From: Bacilli bacterium
GTDB lineage: Bacteria > Bacillota_I > Bacilli_A > RFN20 > UBA1709
Direction of reading: 5' to 3'
DNA: 64,000 bases
NCBI GenBank assembly: GCA_050949315.1
Contig: JBMNFL010000001.1
Location: 608,001 to 672,000, forward strand
A program made the translations under genes and the position numbers. This document shows positions 22,880-33,985 of this stretch, piece by piece. Position 1 is the stretch's first letter; the number at the start of each line of letters is the position of its first letter. The notes under the pieces were generated by a model. That model was not told the DNA's origin. It worked only from the letters and a program-made list of their open reading frames with translations, and made no database searches.

Positions 22880-24202
22880 ATGAAATACGCAGATTTTCTA
22901 AAAACCTATTTCCCCGAAGACTTCGTCGACCAATTAATAAAAGCCCAAGAAGGGGAAGCTATTAGTGGCCTACGGATCAATCGTTCTAAATGCCACGATT
23001 TAGGTCTTTTTAGAATGCTTGAAAAACATCCCTTTGTTAAACAGGCTTATCTTTTTGATAAAAACATCCACGCTTTCGGCAAAAGCGTTTACCACCAAGC
23101 TGGGCTTTACTATATTCAAGAGCCAAGTGCCATGTTGGTTGCCGAACTTTTAAATATAAAAGATGATGACTATGTTCTTGATCTCTGTGCTGCCCCTGGT
23201 GGCAAAGCCACCCATGCTGCTCAGTTTCTAACAGAAGATGGACTATTAGTCGCGAATGACTATAACTATAAACGCGCCTTAGCCTTACAGGAAAATATTG
23301 AACGAATGGGTATTAAAAATGCCATTATTCTTAATAATGATGTTAAAAAACTAGCCGAGAAATACCAAGGCGTTTTTAATAAAGTTATCCTAGATGCTCC
23401 TTGTTCTGGTGAAGGTATGTTTAGAAAGAGTGAAGAAGTTAGCGAAGACTGGAGTTTAGAAAAGGTGCACCGACTAGCAAAATTACAAAAAGAATTAATT
23501 TTAAAGGCTTATACACTACTTAAAAAAGGTGGTATCTTGATTTATTCAACCTGCACTTTCAATCCTTTAGAAAACGAAGAGGTTGTTAAAGAACTTTTAA
23601 CCAAAACTCAGGCCTCTTTAATAAGCTTACCCGAAGTTCCAAATTCTAAACGGGGTTTGGAATTAAAAGAAGCCTTACGTTTATTCCCCACTGATTACCC
23701 CTGGGAAGGCCACTTCATCGCTTTACTGCGCTGCAATGATGAACATCAAAGGTTTGATTTAAAAGTTAACAAAAGTAATATTGATAATCAGAGTTTGAAA
23801 CTTTTTAATGATTTTGTAAGACTTAATTTAAACTTGTCTTTTGATAAAACTAGACTTTATAAAATTCAAAACTCGCTTTATTATCAGCCAAAGAATAGTT
23901 TGAATACTGATCAGCTTAAAGTTTTACGTCTAGGACTTAAACTCGGCGATTTTAAGAGTAAACATTTCGTTCCAAGTCATTCTCTTGCATTGGCTAGTCA
24001 AAAAAAGGATTGGCAGAAAGTACTAGAATTAAACAAGGAAGAAACACAGCAATATTTAAAAGGCCTAACCTTTACTCATCAAGCCGATGATGGTTACGCC
24101 CTTGTTACTTATAATTCTTATATTTTAGGTTTTGCTAAAATTGTCCAAAACCAATTAAAAAACCATTATCCTAAAGCCTTACGCCGGGATGTAATTCTTT
24201 AA
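22880..24202 (+). CDS. RsmF/RsmB (NOL1/NOP2/Sun) rRNA m5C methyltransferase
   Basis: DLCAAPGGK, DAPCSGEG, YSTCT, C-terminal PUA-like 'KNHYPK'. Confidence 0.92.
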   Translation: MKYADFLKTYFPEDFVDQLIKAQEGEAISGLRINRSKCHDLGLFRMLEKHPFVKQAYLFDKNIHAFGKSVYHQAGLYYIQEPSAMLVAELLNIKDDDYVLDLCAAPGGKATHAAQFLTEDGLLVANDYNYKRALALQENIERMGIKNAIILNNDVKKLAEKYQGVFNKVILDAPCSGEGMFRKSEEVSEDWSLEKVHRLAKLQKELILKAYTLLKKGGILIYSTCTFNPLENEEVVKELLTKTQASLISLPEVPNSKRGLELKEALRLFPTDYPWEGHFIALLRCNDEHQRFDLKVNKSNIDNQSLKLFNDFVRLNLNLSFDKTRLYKIQNSLYYQPKNSLNTDQLKVLRLGLKLGDFKSKHFVPSHSLALASQKKDWQKVLELNKEETQQYLKGLTFTHQADDGYALVTYNSYILGFAKIVQNQLKNHYPKALRRDVIL

Positions 24203-24907
24203 CATTCGATTGACTTCTGGTTCAATTAAATTTTGTAATTTAACAGCTAATTCTGTAGTTGAAAATTGTTTATATTCATCATAACTAATGGGATCAAAAA
24301 ACTTAAATTCAATGTTGTACTCTTTCTTGTGAACCTTTTTACTAAAGATTTCCCAAGCCCCACAAAAGGCACAGGGAACAATTGTCGCTTTAGCTAGATA
24401 GGCTATTTTCAAAGCGCCTGGACGAAACTCGTTCATCGTATGGTCGGCCTTTTTACTACGCGTGCCCTCAGGAAACACCCAAACACATTTGCCTTCTTCA
24501 ATTTTTTTCACCGCTTCTTTAACCACCCGCACGGCTTCTCTTACATTTTCACAATCAATATAAATACTTTCTAAAAAAGTGGAAACATGGCCTGCAAAAG
24601 GAAATTTAGCAATTTCTTTTTTAGCAATATAGACAATGGGTTTGTCTATCGCTTCTGAAATCATCGGGTCATAAAAAGATTGATGATTGGAAACGAAAAC
24701 TACTGGTCCTTCTGGTACTTTTTCGCGTCCATCAAAATTGACTTTAACATTAAAAGCCCTCGTTACTAAACGATAAAAATAGTAGCCAAATTTGCGGCGT
24801 TTCTCATAGGGAATCTTATCCATATGTTTATGATAATAGACAATTCTTGGATAATTAAATAGGATTTGAAAGCCCGCTTTTATAATTGCTTTAAAGTACT
24901 TCCACAT
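24179..24907 (-). CDS. plsC: 1-acyl-sn-glycerol-3-phosphate acyltransferase
   Basis: NHQSFYD and FPEGTRS motifs. Confidence 0.92.
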   Translation of the reverse strand: MWKYFKAIIKAGFQILFNYPRIVYYHKHMDKIPYEKRRKFGYYFYRLVTRAFNVKVNFDGREKVPEGPVVFVSNHQSFYDPMISEAIDKPIVYIAKKEIAKFPFAGHVSTFLESIYIDCENVREAVRVVKEAVKKIEEGKCVWVFPEGTRSKKADHTMNEFRPGALKIAYLAKATIVPCAFCGAWEIFSKKVHKKEYNIEFKFFDPISYDEYKQFSTTELAVKLQNLIEPEVNRMLKNYIPA

Positions 24908-25379
24908 TTGTTTGTCTCCTCACATAATATTTAACGACAAAGCCTTCTTTCTGCTCAGAGGCCATTAATTTAAAGTCGGCTTCAAACTCAGGAAAATAAG
25001 TGTCTCCTTTATGTTTTCCCTCAACTAAGGAAAGAATAATTTTACTGGCATAAGGTAGAGCTAATTTATAAACACTCGCTCCCCCAATAACCATATATTC
25101 CTTATTTTCCTTGCTACACTTTATTAAGAAGGGTTCTAAATCACGAACCACTTGAATCTTAGGATGTCTTGCTTGATAGTCTTCCTCAAAACTCCCAACA
25201 ATATTGATCCGTTCGGGTAAAGGACCTTTTAAAGATTCATAAGTTGTTTGGCCCATAATAACCGTTTTCCCTAAAGTCTTTTCTCTAAAATGGCGAAGAT
25301 CATCTTTTAAATGCCAAGGGATTTTTCCTTTATAACCAATAACTCGATCCTGATCGATGGCCACGATTAAAGTAATCAT
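24891..25379 (-). CDS. folA: Dihydrofolate reductase
   Basis: VIG..IPW, MG..TYES, LP.R.N, IGGA, GDTYFP; follows thyA. Confidence 0.95.
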   Translation of the reverse strand: MITLIVAIDQDRVIGYKGKIPWHLKDDLRHFREKTLGKTVIMGQTTYESLKGPLPERINIVGSFEEDYQARHPKIQVVRDLEPFLIKCSKENKEYMVIGGASVYKLALPYASKIILSLVEGKHKGDTYFPEFEADFKLMASEQKEGFVVKYYVRRQTNVEVL

Positions 25380-26248
25380 ACGCTGACCTTCGCTTTAATC
25401 GCTGGATATGGCTCATAACCAACTAATTCAAAGTCTTCTTCTTTAAATTCTAATACGGATTTACAGTGGCGTTTAATGTTTAGACGCGGTAAGGCTCTTG
25501 GTGTCCGCTCAAGTTGTAATTTTACTTGCTCTAAATGATCTTTATAGATATGAACATCACCAAAAGTATGAACAAACTCCCCAACTTCAAGACCTAAAAC
25601 ATTAGCAAACATATGGGTTAACAAGGAGTAGGATGCGATATTAAAAGGTACACCTAAAAAGACATCAGCTGAACGTTGATATAATTGACAGGATAAACGC
25701 TTGCCATCACTAGAAATATAAAACTGGACAAAGGCATGACAAGGCGGCAAGGCCATTTCTTTAATTTGGGCGGGATTCCAGGCGCAAAGAATATGACGCC
25801 GAGAAAAAGGTTCTTCTTTCAAAGAGCGTTCTAATTCTTTAATTTGATCCGTTCTAAAAAAGTCCCGCCATTGATGACCATAAACTGGCCCCAAATTACC
25901 CCATTTTTTGGCAAAAGCATCATCATTAGCAATTCTTTCAATAAACTCTTCAAGGCTCTCTCCTTTAAAAGCTTTTGATTGTTTAAACTTCTCATAGGGC
26001 CACTCGTTCCAAATCCTAATCTTTTGTCTAACTAGTGGCTGAATATTGGTGTTCCCCGTCAAAAACCATAATAACTCGCCTAAAACAATTCTTAAAACTA
26101 TTTTCTTAGTGGTTAGTAAAGGGAAACCTTCTTGAAGGTTAACCCGCATTTGATAACCAAAAGTGGAAATGGTGCCCGTACCGGTACGGTCAACTCTTTC
26201 CTGGCCATTTTTTAAAATATGGCGACATAAATCTAAATACTGTTGCAT
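25376..26248 (-). CDS. thyA: Thymidylate synthase
   Basis: [27 protein letters not shown]. Confidence 0.97.
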   Translation of the reverse strand: MQQYLDLCRHILKNGQERVDRTGTGTISTFGYQMRVNLQEGFPLLTTKKIVLRIVLGELLWFLTGNTNIQPLVRQKIRIWNEWPYEKFKQSKAFKGESLEEFIERIANDDAFAKKWGNLGPVYGHQWRDFFRTDQIKELERSLKEEPFSRRHILCAWNPAQIKEMALPPCHAFVQFYISSDGKRLSCQLYQRSADVFLGVPFNIASYSLLTHMFANVLGLEVGEFVHTFGDVHIYKDHLEQVKLQLERTPRALPRLNIKRHCKSVLEFKEEDFELVGYEPYPAIKAKVSV

Positions 26249-26259
26249 ACTGCTCCTTT

Positions 26260-26532
26260 CTACCCCAATACATCAATATAGGTACATTCTAATTCGATGG
26301 TCTCGCCTTCTAAACAATTCAGGCGGCCACAGACACTAACAAATTGGTTGTTCTGGCAATATTTGACTAAGCTTTCTACCCCTCGCCAAACCTTGCACTT
26401 AAGATAGTCTTTTAGAAAACTACCTTCAAAATCTTTAAAACTTCTCGTTACCTCTAATACTAAATACCAGTCTTTGTCGCTATCCTGATAGACCTTTTTT
26501 ACGCGACCAACTAATTGTACTTGATTGAGCAT
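26260..26532 (-). CDS. Short single-stranded DNA-binding protein (OB fold only)
   Basis: [10 protein letters not shown], 'C.VWRG', 'V.GRL'; lacks the acidic C-terminal tail. Confidence 0.75.
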   Translation of the reverse strand: MLNQVQLVGRVKKVYQDSDKDWYLVLEVTRSFKDFEGSFLKDYLKCKVWRGVESLVKYCQNNQFVSVCGRLNCLEGETIELECTYIDVLG

Positions 26533-26576
26533 ATTTCCCTCCTAGTATTAAGACATGGTACTTCGATACTTACTCC

Positions 26577-29333
26577 TTAAAAATCATCTTCTTCGTTATC
26601 AAAACTTAAAAAACGCTCCCTAAAAACGGTACGTGGTTTGGGACCATTGGGTTCTGAAATATAGCCTTCTTCGGTAAGTTTATCCAAAAGACGGGCGGCT
26701 CTAGGGTGTCCAATACTAAACTTCCGAACTAAATATGAGGCAGAAATGGTCTCTTGACTTGGCAACCACTGCAAGATTTTTAAATATAATTCATCTTCAT
26801 TGCCATCGCCACCAAAATCCATTTCTTCAAAACTCATCTGGGTGGGCTCGGGAGGATCTAGATTTAAAAACTCCGGATCAAATTCAGGATTGCGCTGTTC
26901 ACGACAATAATCCGTAATTCTATCAACTTCTTCATCGCTAACAAAAGCGCCTTGAATTCTTTGGATTTCTAAACTGCCCGCCATCCTTAAAAGCATGTCT
27001 CCCATACCCAGAAGATTTTCAGCACCACCATCATCTAAAATGGTTCGCGAATCCTGATAAGCCGAGACGGCAAAGGCGATACGCGTGGGGATATTTCCTT
27101 TGATAACGCCAGTGATAACATCCACCGATGGGCGTTGAGTTGCCACAATTAAATGGATTCCTGAAGCTCGGGCTAATTGAGTAATACGACGAATGCTTTC
27201 TTCAACTTCATTTTTAGCAACCGTCATTAAATCGCCTAATTCATCAATAATAACGATGATATAAGGCAAGGGTTCTTTACCAATTGATTTGACATAATTG
27301 TTATAGAAAGTGATATTCTTCTTCCCTGCCTCCGAGAAAAGAGTGAAACGATTATCCATCTCCGTACAAAGTTTATCAAGAGCGACAGCCGCTTTTTTGG
27401 CATCGGTAATGACTGGACAGAGTAAATGCGGAATATTGGAATACGAGGAAAACTCCACCCGTTTAGGATCAATTAACATGATCTTTACCTCATCCGGTGT
27501 CGCGCGCATTAAAAGAGAAATAATGATGGTATTTAAACAAACAGATTTTCCGGTTCCTGTTGCTCCAGCCACTAGTATATGCGGGGCTCTATTAATCGGG
27601 GTTGTAATGGCTCGACCAATGATATCCTTACCAACGGCAAAAATAAGTTTATTATCTTTTTTATCAAAAGGAATGCCAATAAAAACCTCTTTAAAGGAAA
27701 CCATAGCACGATTGCGATTGGGAATATCAATACCCACATAATTGGTTCCCGGTATTGGTGTCAAAATGTCAATATGCGTGGCTGATAAAGCCATCATCAA
27801 ATCGTTTTTAACACTAGCAAAAACAGTGATTTTAACATCGCTACTAACCTCTACTTCAAAACGAGTAAAGGCCGGAGCAATCTTATAATCATGAACTTTA
27901 GCCTTAATCCCTAAACTGTTAAATTTAGCATTTAAAAGCACAATTTTTAATTCTGCCTCGGTTTTGTTTTCCGATAAATCAGCATAACTAATCTCATTTA
28001 GAAGAGAAATTGGGGGTAAGCGATATGCCCTTCTAACCCGTTTTGTTTCTTCCACCTTTGGTTGCTCCATTACAGGTGTTTCTTGAACTTTAGGTTCTTC
28101 AATCGCAAAATTTAGACTCTCTTCCTTTACTTGCTTTTCCGCAGTTCTAAACATATCTAGATCCAAGTCGGGCTTTTCTCGAAGTGGATTTATTTGAACA
28201 TTCTTTCTTTCATTTATATTTCTACTACTATAGTCTAGATTATCGTCATCATTGATTTCTTCTTTACGGTTGTCCAATAAATCTTGATCTGAAATATCAT
28301 AAACACTTTCACCTTTGGGGGGTTGTGCTATTGAAGGCTGTAGTGGGGGAGGAGTATTCTCATCAAATAGTGCATCACGAAAAACATTAAAACCCTTTGC
28401 TTCGCTACGCACGGAAAAACTCTCGGGTTCCTCAGTTGGAAAGTCGGTTAAACTATCAGTGAAGACATTGAAAATTTTTCTTTTTTCACTCTTGGCCCCA
28501 GGCATGATGAAATTTGATTCTTCATCGATAACATTAATATTCGAAAAGAAATCGTTATCCAAGGGCTGAGGGATATATTTATTTGAACTTGACTCTGGGA
28601 CAGAGGTATCAACCACTTTAATCCGACTGAGAATCTCTTCTTCTCTTTTTAATTCTCGTTCGGTGGCAAAATCTTCGGGTCGTTCACTTCTAGTCATCTC
28701 GACGCGTTTAGCTGGCATCTCTTTGATTTCTTTGATCTTGACTTTTTTACTTTTAGCCTTGCGATAAATTTTAGAAACCAAATATTCCATTAATGGTCTA
28801 AACAAAAGCAACAAAGCGATAATAAAACCCGCTAAATAAACAATCTTTACGAGGGGAGCAGTGACAATATTAGCGATAGCTGAATAAAAGAAGTGACCAA
28901 TTAAACCACCACCGACTTTAGAATCAATCAAGGTTTGAACACTTGGTCCATCAATATTGCTAAAACGGGTTCCATAAACACTAAAGACATTCATAATGGT
29001 GGCATCTGATTCACTGGCCCAAATTAAACAGAAAAAGACAGCGAAACAAAAGGCCGTGAGATATCCATTAATATCTAACTCCATCTTCCTTTGGCGAATA
29101 AAGTAGTAAGCGCCATAAAAACAACCAATTGCTAAAGGAACAAAATAAAAGCAACCAAATAAATAAACTAGAATAAAAGAAATAATCTTTCCTAAACCAA
29201 CACGATCAAAAATACCGATTAAACACAAGAGAAATGCTAATAAACCAAAGGCAAAATAGCGAGCCTTTTTGCTCGCTAGATCAGGAAATTTAAAACCGAA
29301 GCCTTTTTTATTGAAATTTGGTTCCATTAACAT
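26577..29333 (-). CDS. ftsK: DNA translocase FtsK/SpoIIIE
   Basis: N-terminal TMs, PHILVAGATGTGKS, IIDE, ATQRPS, C-terminal gamma domain. Confidence 0.96.
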   Translation of the reverse strand: MLMEPNFNKKGFGFKFPDLASKKARYFAFGLLAFLLCLIGIFDRVGLGKIISFILVYLFGCFYFVPLAIGCFYGAYYFIRQRKMELDINGYLTAFCFAVFFCLIWASESDATIMNVFSVYGTRFSNIDGPSVQTLIDSKVGGGLIGHFFYSAIANIVTAPLVKIVYLAGFIIALLLLFRPLMEYLVSKIYRKAKSKKVKIKEIKEMPAKRVEMTRSERPEDFATERELKREEEILSRIKVVDTSVPESSSNKYIPQPLDNDFFSNINVIDEESNFIMPGAKSEKRKIFNVFTDSLTDFPTEEPESFSVRSEAKGFNVFRDALFDENTPPPLQPSIAQPPKGESVYDISDQDLLDNRKEEINDDDNLDYSSRNINERKNVQINPLREKPDLDLDMFRTAEKQVKEESLNFAIEEPKVQETPVMEQPKVEETKRVRRAYRLPPISLLNEISYADLSENKTEAELKIVLLNAKFNSLGIKAKVHDYKIAPAFTRFEVEVSSDVKITVFASVKNDLMMALSATHIDILTPIPGTNYVGIDIPNRNRAMVSFKEVFIGIPFDKKDNKLIFAVGKDIIGRAITTPINRAPHILVAGATGTGKSVCLNTIIISLLMRATPDEVKIMLIDPKRVEFSSYSNIPHLLCPVITDAKKAAVALDKLCTEMDNRFTLFSEAGKKNITFYNNYVKSIGKEPLPYIIVIIDELGDLMTVAKNEVEESIRRITQLARASGIHLIVATQRPSVDVITGVIKGNIPTRIAFAVSAYQDSRTILDDGGAENLLGMGDMLLRMAGSLEIQRIQGAFVSDEEVDRITDYCREQRNPEFDPEFLNLDPPEPTQMSFEEMDFGGDGNEDELYLKILQWLPSQETISASYLVRKFSIGHPRAARLLDKLTEEGYISEPNGPKPRTVFRERFLSFDNEEDDF

Positions 29334-29415
29334 TCACCGTCTCCTATTATACTTGATAAAGGATAATAAAAAAAGCGTAAACGCATTTTTTTATCTTTTT
29401 GCGTCTACGCCAATT

Positions 29416-31089
29416 TTATTTCTGGTTAATATCAATTATTACTGGCAAGACTAGAGGGTCCTTCCCTGTGTATTTACGAACCAAACTAATTATCTTCTCC
29501 CGAATTTTTACTTTGGTTTCATCATGATTAACCGTTTTATTGTCCAAGGCCTCTTGAACTAGGTTTTGAAAAGTCCGCACCAATTCGGCAACAAACTCCT
29601 CAGCATCACGCAAGAAAATCAAACCACGCATTTGAGGATCAGGACCTGCAATAATTTTTTTATTTTTAGAATCTACCGAAACACCAAGAATTAAAACGCC
29701 TTCATCCGCCATTTTTTGACGATCAGAAATGACTGTGCTCTCAACATTACCTAAACTTAAACCATCAATCATAATCTCGCCATTTTCAATAATTTCACTA
29801 CAGCCTTTAAAAACGCCATCCTCAAAATAGGCCACCATTCCGTTATCAAAAACAAAGACATTATTGTGATTATAGCCTAGATTCATTGAAACGGCAATCT
29901 GGGCATTACTGACTAAATTTTTATAATCTCCCTTGACAGGTAAGTAGTATTTAGGACGAACTAAATTGATAAGTAATTTGATGTCTTCAGCGTGAGCGTG
30001 CATGGAAACAACTTGCTGTCTATTGATGTTATAAACCTTAGCCCCGGTTTTAAATACCTCATCAATTACCCGCGTTGAAAAGGTTTCTAGACCCGGAACT
30101 ACTGGTGAAGCGATAACAACATTATCAGTCGGTTTTATAGATACATTTTTATCTTCACCTTCAGACATTCTTCCTAAATAACTGAAAACCGCTTGACCAA
30201 TACCTGTCACTAAAATAACAATATCCTCGTTACCAGGGCGCCTTAAATCAGACTCATCAGCTTTTAAGTAGGAAGGAATCCTGATGGTTCCAAAACCAGT
30301 CGCGGCATCCAAAATTTCTTTCATCTCGTCATCAAAGATATAAACACGTCTCTTATACTTGATTGCTAAGTCAATAGCCTCACGAATACCAAAGAGATTC
30401 TGGGAGTAGAAAGAAAAGATAATGCGTCCTGTATTTTCAATAAAAATTGGTTCAACAATTGGCGTTATGCGATGATTAGGTGAGGTGTGTCCTGGAATAT
30501 GGCAACTGACTGATTCTGTCATTAAACACAAAACTCCTTTACGCTGTAAATCAACAAAGGAATCTAGATTGGTGCGATATTGTTGTAAATACTCATAATC
30601 TAAAATAAAGTCACTGCTGTAAACAACCAAACCATCACCAGTTTCAACCGCCACCCCTAAAGATTCATTGATAGAATGGGTAGTAGCAAAAAAGGTTGTT
30701 TCGTGCCCATTGATATCAATTATGTCTCCAGCTTTAACTTCCCGAAAATCAAATTTAACTTTTTGTTTGCGCCTTTTTGCTGTCAGTTCAATCATTTCCC
30801 GAGTGACTCTTGAACAATATACTGGGGCAGGAACATGTTGAATGATATAAGGCAAAGCTCCCATGATATCATCATGACCATGGCTGATAAAATAAGCCTT
30901 TACTCTCTTCTTATTATCTTTTAAATATTTATAATCAGGAATGATCATATCTACCCCACGCGATAAATTATCAGGGTATTTCATTCCGGCCTCAAAAACA
31001 ATAATGTCTTGGTTTATTTCCAAAACATACATATTTTTACCATTTTCATCTAAACCACCTAAAGCAAATATTTTAACAATATTTTTCAT
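29416..31089 (-). CDS. rnj: Ribonuclease J (J2-like, degenerate HxHxDH motif)
   Basis: ALGGLDENGKN, 'SHGHDDIMG', THSI, beta-CASP layout. Confidence 0.9.
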   Translation of the reverse strand: MKNIVKIFALGGLDENGKNMYVLEINQDIIVFEAGMKYPDNLSRGVDMIIPDYKYLKDNKKRVKAYFISHGHDDIMGALPYIIQHVPAPVYCSRVTREMIELTAKRRKQKVKFDFREVKAGDIIDINGHETTFFATTHSINESLGVAVETGDGLVVYSSDFILDYEYLQQYRTNLDSFVDLQRKGVLCLMTESVSCHIPGHTSPNHRITPIVEPIFIENTGRIIFSFYSQNLFGIREAIDLAIKYKRRVYIFDDEMKEILDAATGFGTIRIPSYLKADESDLRRPGNEDIVILVTGIGQAVFSYLGRMSEGEDKNVSIKPTDNVVIASPVVPGLETFSTRVIDEVFKTGAKVYNINRQQVVSMHAHAEDIKLLINLVRPKYYLPVKGDYKNLVSNAQIAVSMNLGYNHNNVFVFDNGMVAYFEDGVFKGCSEIIENGEIMIDGLSLGNVESTVISDRQKMADEGVLILGVSVDSKNKKIIAGPDPQMRGLIFLRDAEEFVAELVRTFQNLVQEALDNKTVNHDETKVKIREKIISLVRKYTGKDPLVLPVIIDINQK

Positions 31090-31180
31090 ATTATTATCTC
31101 CTCGTCTTCTTTAAGTTGGATTATACTATTATTTTTGTCTAACGGTCAATAAAAAAGCGGAATTGCTTCCACTTTAACTT

Positions 31181-31459
31181 TTAATTACCACGCCGCCTAC
31201 TGACAGGTTTTGAACGATTATCCTCTTGAATTACTAACATCGCAATAAACATAGCTAAATCTATCGCTAAAACAACAATGCTCCATAAAATGACATTAAA
31301 CTTGGGCCATTTCCATGTTTTGATAACATACCACTCAATTGAAGTGGCAAAATCGGCACCAAAAGCGGCACCTAAAATAAGCACCATCATAAAGACGGCG
31401 ATTAAACCAAATATAATAAAGGCAATTGCACTTGCAATATCTTTTGCTTTCATATCCAT
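31181..31459 (-). CDS. Small hypothetical membrane protein
   Basis: Two TM helices; GAGGAG RBS upstream of ATG 31459. Confidence 0.65.
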   Translation of the reverse strand: MDMKAKDIASAIAFIIFGLIAVFMMVLILGAAFGADFATSIEWYVIKTWKWPKFNVILWSIVVLAIDLAMFIAMLVIQEDNRSKPVSRRRGN

Positions 31460-31567
31460 CAATCTCCTCGCGATAAATACTACCAAAAGAACTAAAAAAA
31501 AGCAATCATGAATACTCACTATATTTATTGTTTGTTTTTTGTTAAAATACAGAAAGCGGAGGCTAAT

Positions 31568-33103
31568 ATGAATGCAAACAAATTAAAACAGCTCATTTGT
31601 AGATACTATGATTTTTGTATCATCGGTGAAAAACATCTCAAAACATATCAATTGGACAATAGTAAAATCTCACAGACTTATTACTGTCTTTTTAGAGGTT
31701 TTCTACTAGCACTTATCAATTACTTACTCCTTGTTTACGATGACTTGGTGTCTAGTAATAGACCCCTCTATCCTAAAACCAACACCAATAAGCTTTTTGT
31801 GCGTCTAGCCGTTGAAAGTGTTTTGTTACTTGATATCTTTACAAATAACCCAGAATACATTGAGCGTTACTATGCCTCTTATCTTTCTGATCTTAAGCGT
31901 TTGCAACTCTTATTTGCCGGTAAAAAAAGTGAAGAAAAGTTTATTCGCCGTTTTGCTTGGTTACCTCGTCACAAAGGAAGAAGAGCTTCGGCCCTAGTTG
32001 ACTTACTCAACTACGTTAAATTTGCAGATGAAGAGCATAAAGACTACTTTTTAATTCTTTTACGCAACCTTGATAACTACACCCATCCATCCTTTAAAAT
32101 CGCCCAAGGTCTTGATAATAAAACACTCGCCAGTCTTGAATTAATTGCTCCCTTCTTTATTGAAAACGGCATTATTAATGAACTTTGTGAAAACCTAATT
32201 GAACACATCAATGATGATAAAATAAAGCAGGAATTAAGTGCGGTTCTAACTAGTAAAAAGCACAGCCAAGACATTGATAAAAAGTATCGAGAACTCCTAG
32301 CAAATTCCCCTCAAGAGATAAATCCAGTTTGCTACATAATCGCTCAATTGAGCAATGTCATTAATCGTTCAAAGCACACGAACTATCGCTTAAAAAACAT
32401 CAGCTATTTACTCTTAGATTTAGCCCCTCGATACGAAGATTTTTTACGAGCATATTTTAACCATAATACTCTTCTTTTGGAAATTCAGTTGCGCACTATC
32501 TTTGAGTCCCTCGCCATGTTAGATCTCTTGCTCTATGAAGACGAAAAGCGCAATTATGTTTTCTTTATCCATCAGGGAATCAAGGGTTATGAAGCGAATA
32601 AAACTGCTCTTGATTTACTTGATAAATTAAATTTGGTAAAACCCAATATCGACATTGAAGGTCGCTATCAACAAAACATTGATACTTTAACTGAATATTA
32701 TCGTGTTGAACACCAAAAAGAGGTATCAAAAAAGGATATCTTGCGTCTAAATGGCTGGGCCTTATATCTTAAAAAATATAATAATTCAAAGGTTCCCAAT
32801 GCCTCTTTCATGGTTGAAAAACTCAATGATAATCACTTTAAGGATGCAGAGACTAAGCGTTTTTTGAATGCCTCTTTTGAAGAAAGTAACGCCTTTACAC
32901 ATCTCACCCACTACGCTTTTTTAGAAGAAAAAAAGGAAATTAATCCTTTGCTTATTAAATATCTTAATCAAATTCTCGGCGAGATAATTCTTGCCATTTC
33001 TAAAGCCCCCGAAATCATCACTTTACTTAGCGAAGAAGAAAAAGAGGAAATTTTCATTCATTTCCCCCACTTTTTAAATTGTTTGAACAATATTACCTTT
33101 TAA
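31568..33103 (+). CDS. Hypothetical helical protein with two DUF5677/HEPN-like repeats
   Basis: GGAGG RBS before ATG 31568; duplicated motif sets R.x.x.ES, a conserved W, and N.x.TH. Confidence 0.6.
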   Translation: MNANKLKQLICRYYDFCIIGEKHLKTYQLDNSKISQTYYCLFRGFLLALINYLLLVYDDLVSSNRPLYPKTNTNKLFVRLAVESVLLLDIFTNNPEYIERYYASYLSDLKRLQLLFAGKKSEEKFIRRFAWLPRHKGRRASALVDLLNYVKFADEEHKDYFLILLRNLDNYTHPSFKIAQGLDNKTLASLELIAPFFIENGIINELCENLIEHINDDKIKQELSAVLTSKKHSQDIDKKYRELLANSPQEINPVCYIIAQLSNVINRSKHTNYRLKNISYLLLDLAPRYEDFLRAYFNHNTLLLEIQLRTIFESLAMLDLLLYEDEKRNYVFFIHQGIKGYEANKTALDLLDKLNLVKPNIDIEGRYQQNIDTLTEYYRVEHQKEVSKKDILRLNGWALYLKKYNNSKVPNASFMVEKLNDNHFKDAETKRFLNASFEESNAFTHLTHYAFLEEKKEINPLLIKYLNQILGEIILAISKAPEIITLLSEEEKEEIFIHFPHFLNCLNNITF

Positions 33104-33556
33104 TTTATTAATCGCCTTCATTAAGGCCATTTTGTTTTCCTCATAACACAAAAAATGAAAGGCTTCACTTTCGTTTAGCCAGCAGCCTTCAATGAAACCT
33201 TCTTCAACCTTGGGTTGAGGTGCGGAATCAAGTTCAAAACAATAGGCGGAGATTGTTTTTTCTATAGCATCGCCACCAGCGTAGGCCAAAAACTGATTTT
33301 TGGTCATTTTAATATGCGTATGGTCAAAAATTATTTGAAACTCATGAACTTTGCCATGACAAAAGGCTTGATCGATATCAACGCCGCTTTCTTCTTTACA
33401 TTCACGACGAGCAGCCTCTTCTTCGCTTTCGCCCTTTTCTATATGTCCCTTAGGAAAAACCCAACCAGAATGGTTTTTAATCATTAAAACGCGATTTTGA
33501 CTTTGATTGCGCACAACAACGATGGCCAAAGAGCAATGTTCCTTTACTATTTCCAT
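33074..33556 (-). CDS. NUDIX hydrolase (Ap4A hydrolase-like)
   Basis: Nudix box GHIEKGESEEEAARRECKEESG preceded by W.FPK. Confidence 0.92.
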   Translation of the reverse strand: MEIVKEHCSLAIVVVRNQSQNRVLMIKNHSGWVFPKGHIEKGESEEEAARRECKEESGVDIDQAFCHGKVHEFQIIFDHTHIKMTKNQFLAYAGGDAIEKTISAYCFELDSAPQPKVEEGFIEGCWLNESEAFHFLCYEENKMALMKAINKLKGNIVQTI

Positions 33557-33668
33557 AGAATCACCTTCTTAATTTTACAATACTTGCTTTTTTATAACAA
33601 GACATTATTATTCTTGCTTTATACCATGAATAATGCTAAAATTCCTTTGCTGAAGGGACCCCTTTCTT

Positions 33669-33743
33669 GGACACTTAGCTCAACGGGAGAGCGCTTCCTT
33701 CACACGGAAGAGGTCACAGGTTCAACACCTGTAGTGTCCACCA
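33669..33743 (+). tRNA. tRNA-Val(CAC)
   Basis: GGACACT..CTTCC-TTCACAC-GGAAG..AGTGTCC-ACCA cloverleaf. Confidence 0.92.
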
Positions 33744-33756
33744 TTTTTCTTGGATT

Positions 33757-33832
33757 GCTAACTTAGCTCAATTGGCAGAGCAATCGATTTGTAATCGATA
33801 GGTTGTAGGTTCGATTCCTATAGTTAGCACCA
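33757..33832 (+). tRNA. tRNA-Thr(TGT)
   Basis: GCTAACT..ATCGA-TTTGTAA-TCGAT..AGTTAGC-ACCA. Confidence 0.94.
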
Positions 33833-33837
33833 TTTTT

Positions 33838-33921
33838 GCGGATATGGCGGAATGGCAGACGCGCTAGACTTAGGATCTAGTGTCTCACGACGTAAGGGTT
33901 CAAGTCCCTTTATCCGCACCA
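33838..33921 (+). tRNA. tRNA-Leu(TAG)
   Basis: GCGGATA..CTAGA-CTTAGGA-TCTAG, long variable arm, TATCCGC-ACCA. Confidence 0.94.
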
Positions 33922-33928
33922 AGAGTTA

Positions 33929-33956
33929 AAATCCTTGATGTTATCAAGGTTTTTTA
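33929..33956 (+). terminator. Terminator after the tRNA cluster (possibly bidirectional)
   Basis: CCTTGAT-GTT-ATCAAGG followed by a T tract. Confidence 0.7.
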
Positions 33957-33985
33957 ATTTCAACACATTATTCAAAAACAAAGTT

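Noticed and set aside
26260-26532. SSB without an acidic tail: possible pseudogene
   Set aside because: It has an RBS and a complete OB fold; short secondary SSB paralogs are common in Bacilli.
30865-30890. RNase J motif HGHDDI lacking the last His
   Set aside because: Degeneracy at this motif is expected for RNase J2-type paralogs.
33497-33766. 89-aa ORF on + strand
   Set aside because: It overlaps the NUDIX start, the promoter region and tRNA-Val; spurious.
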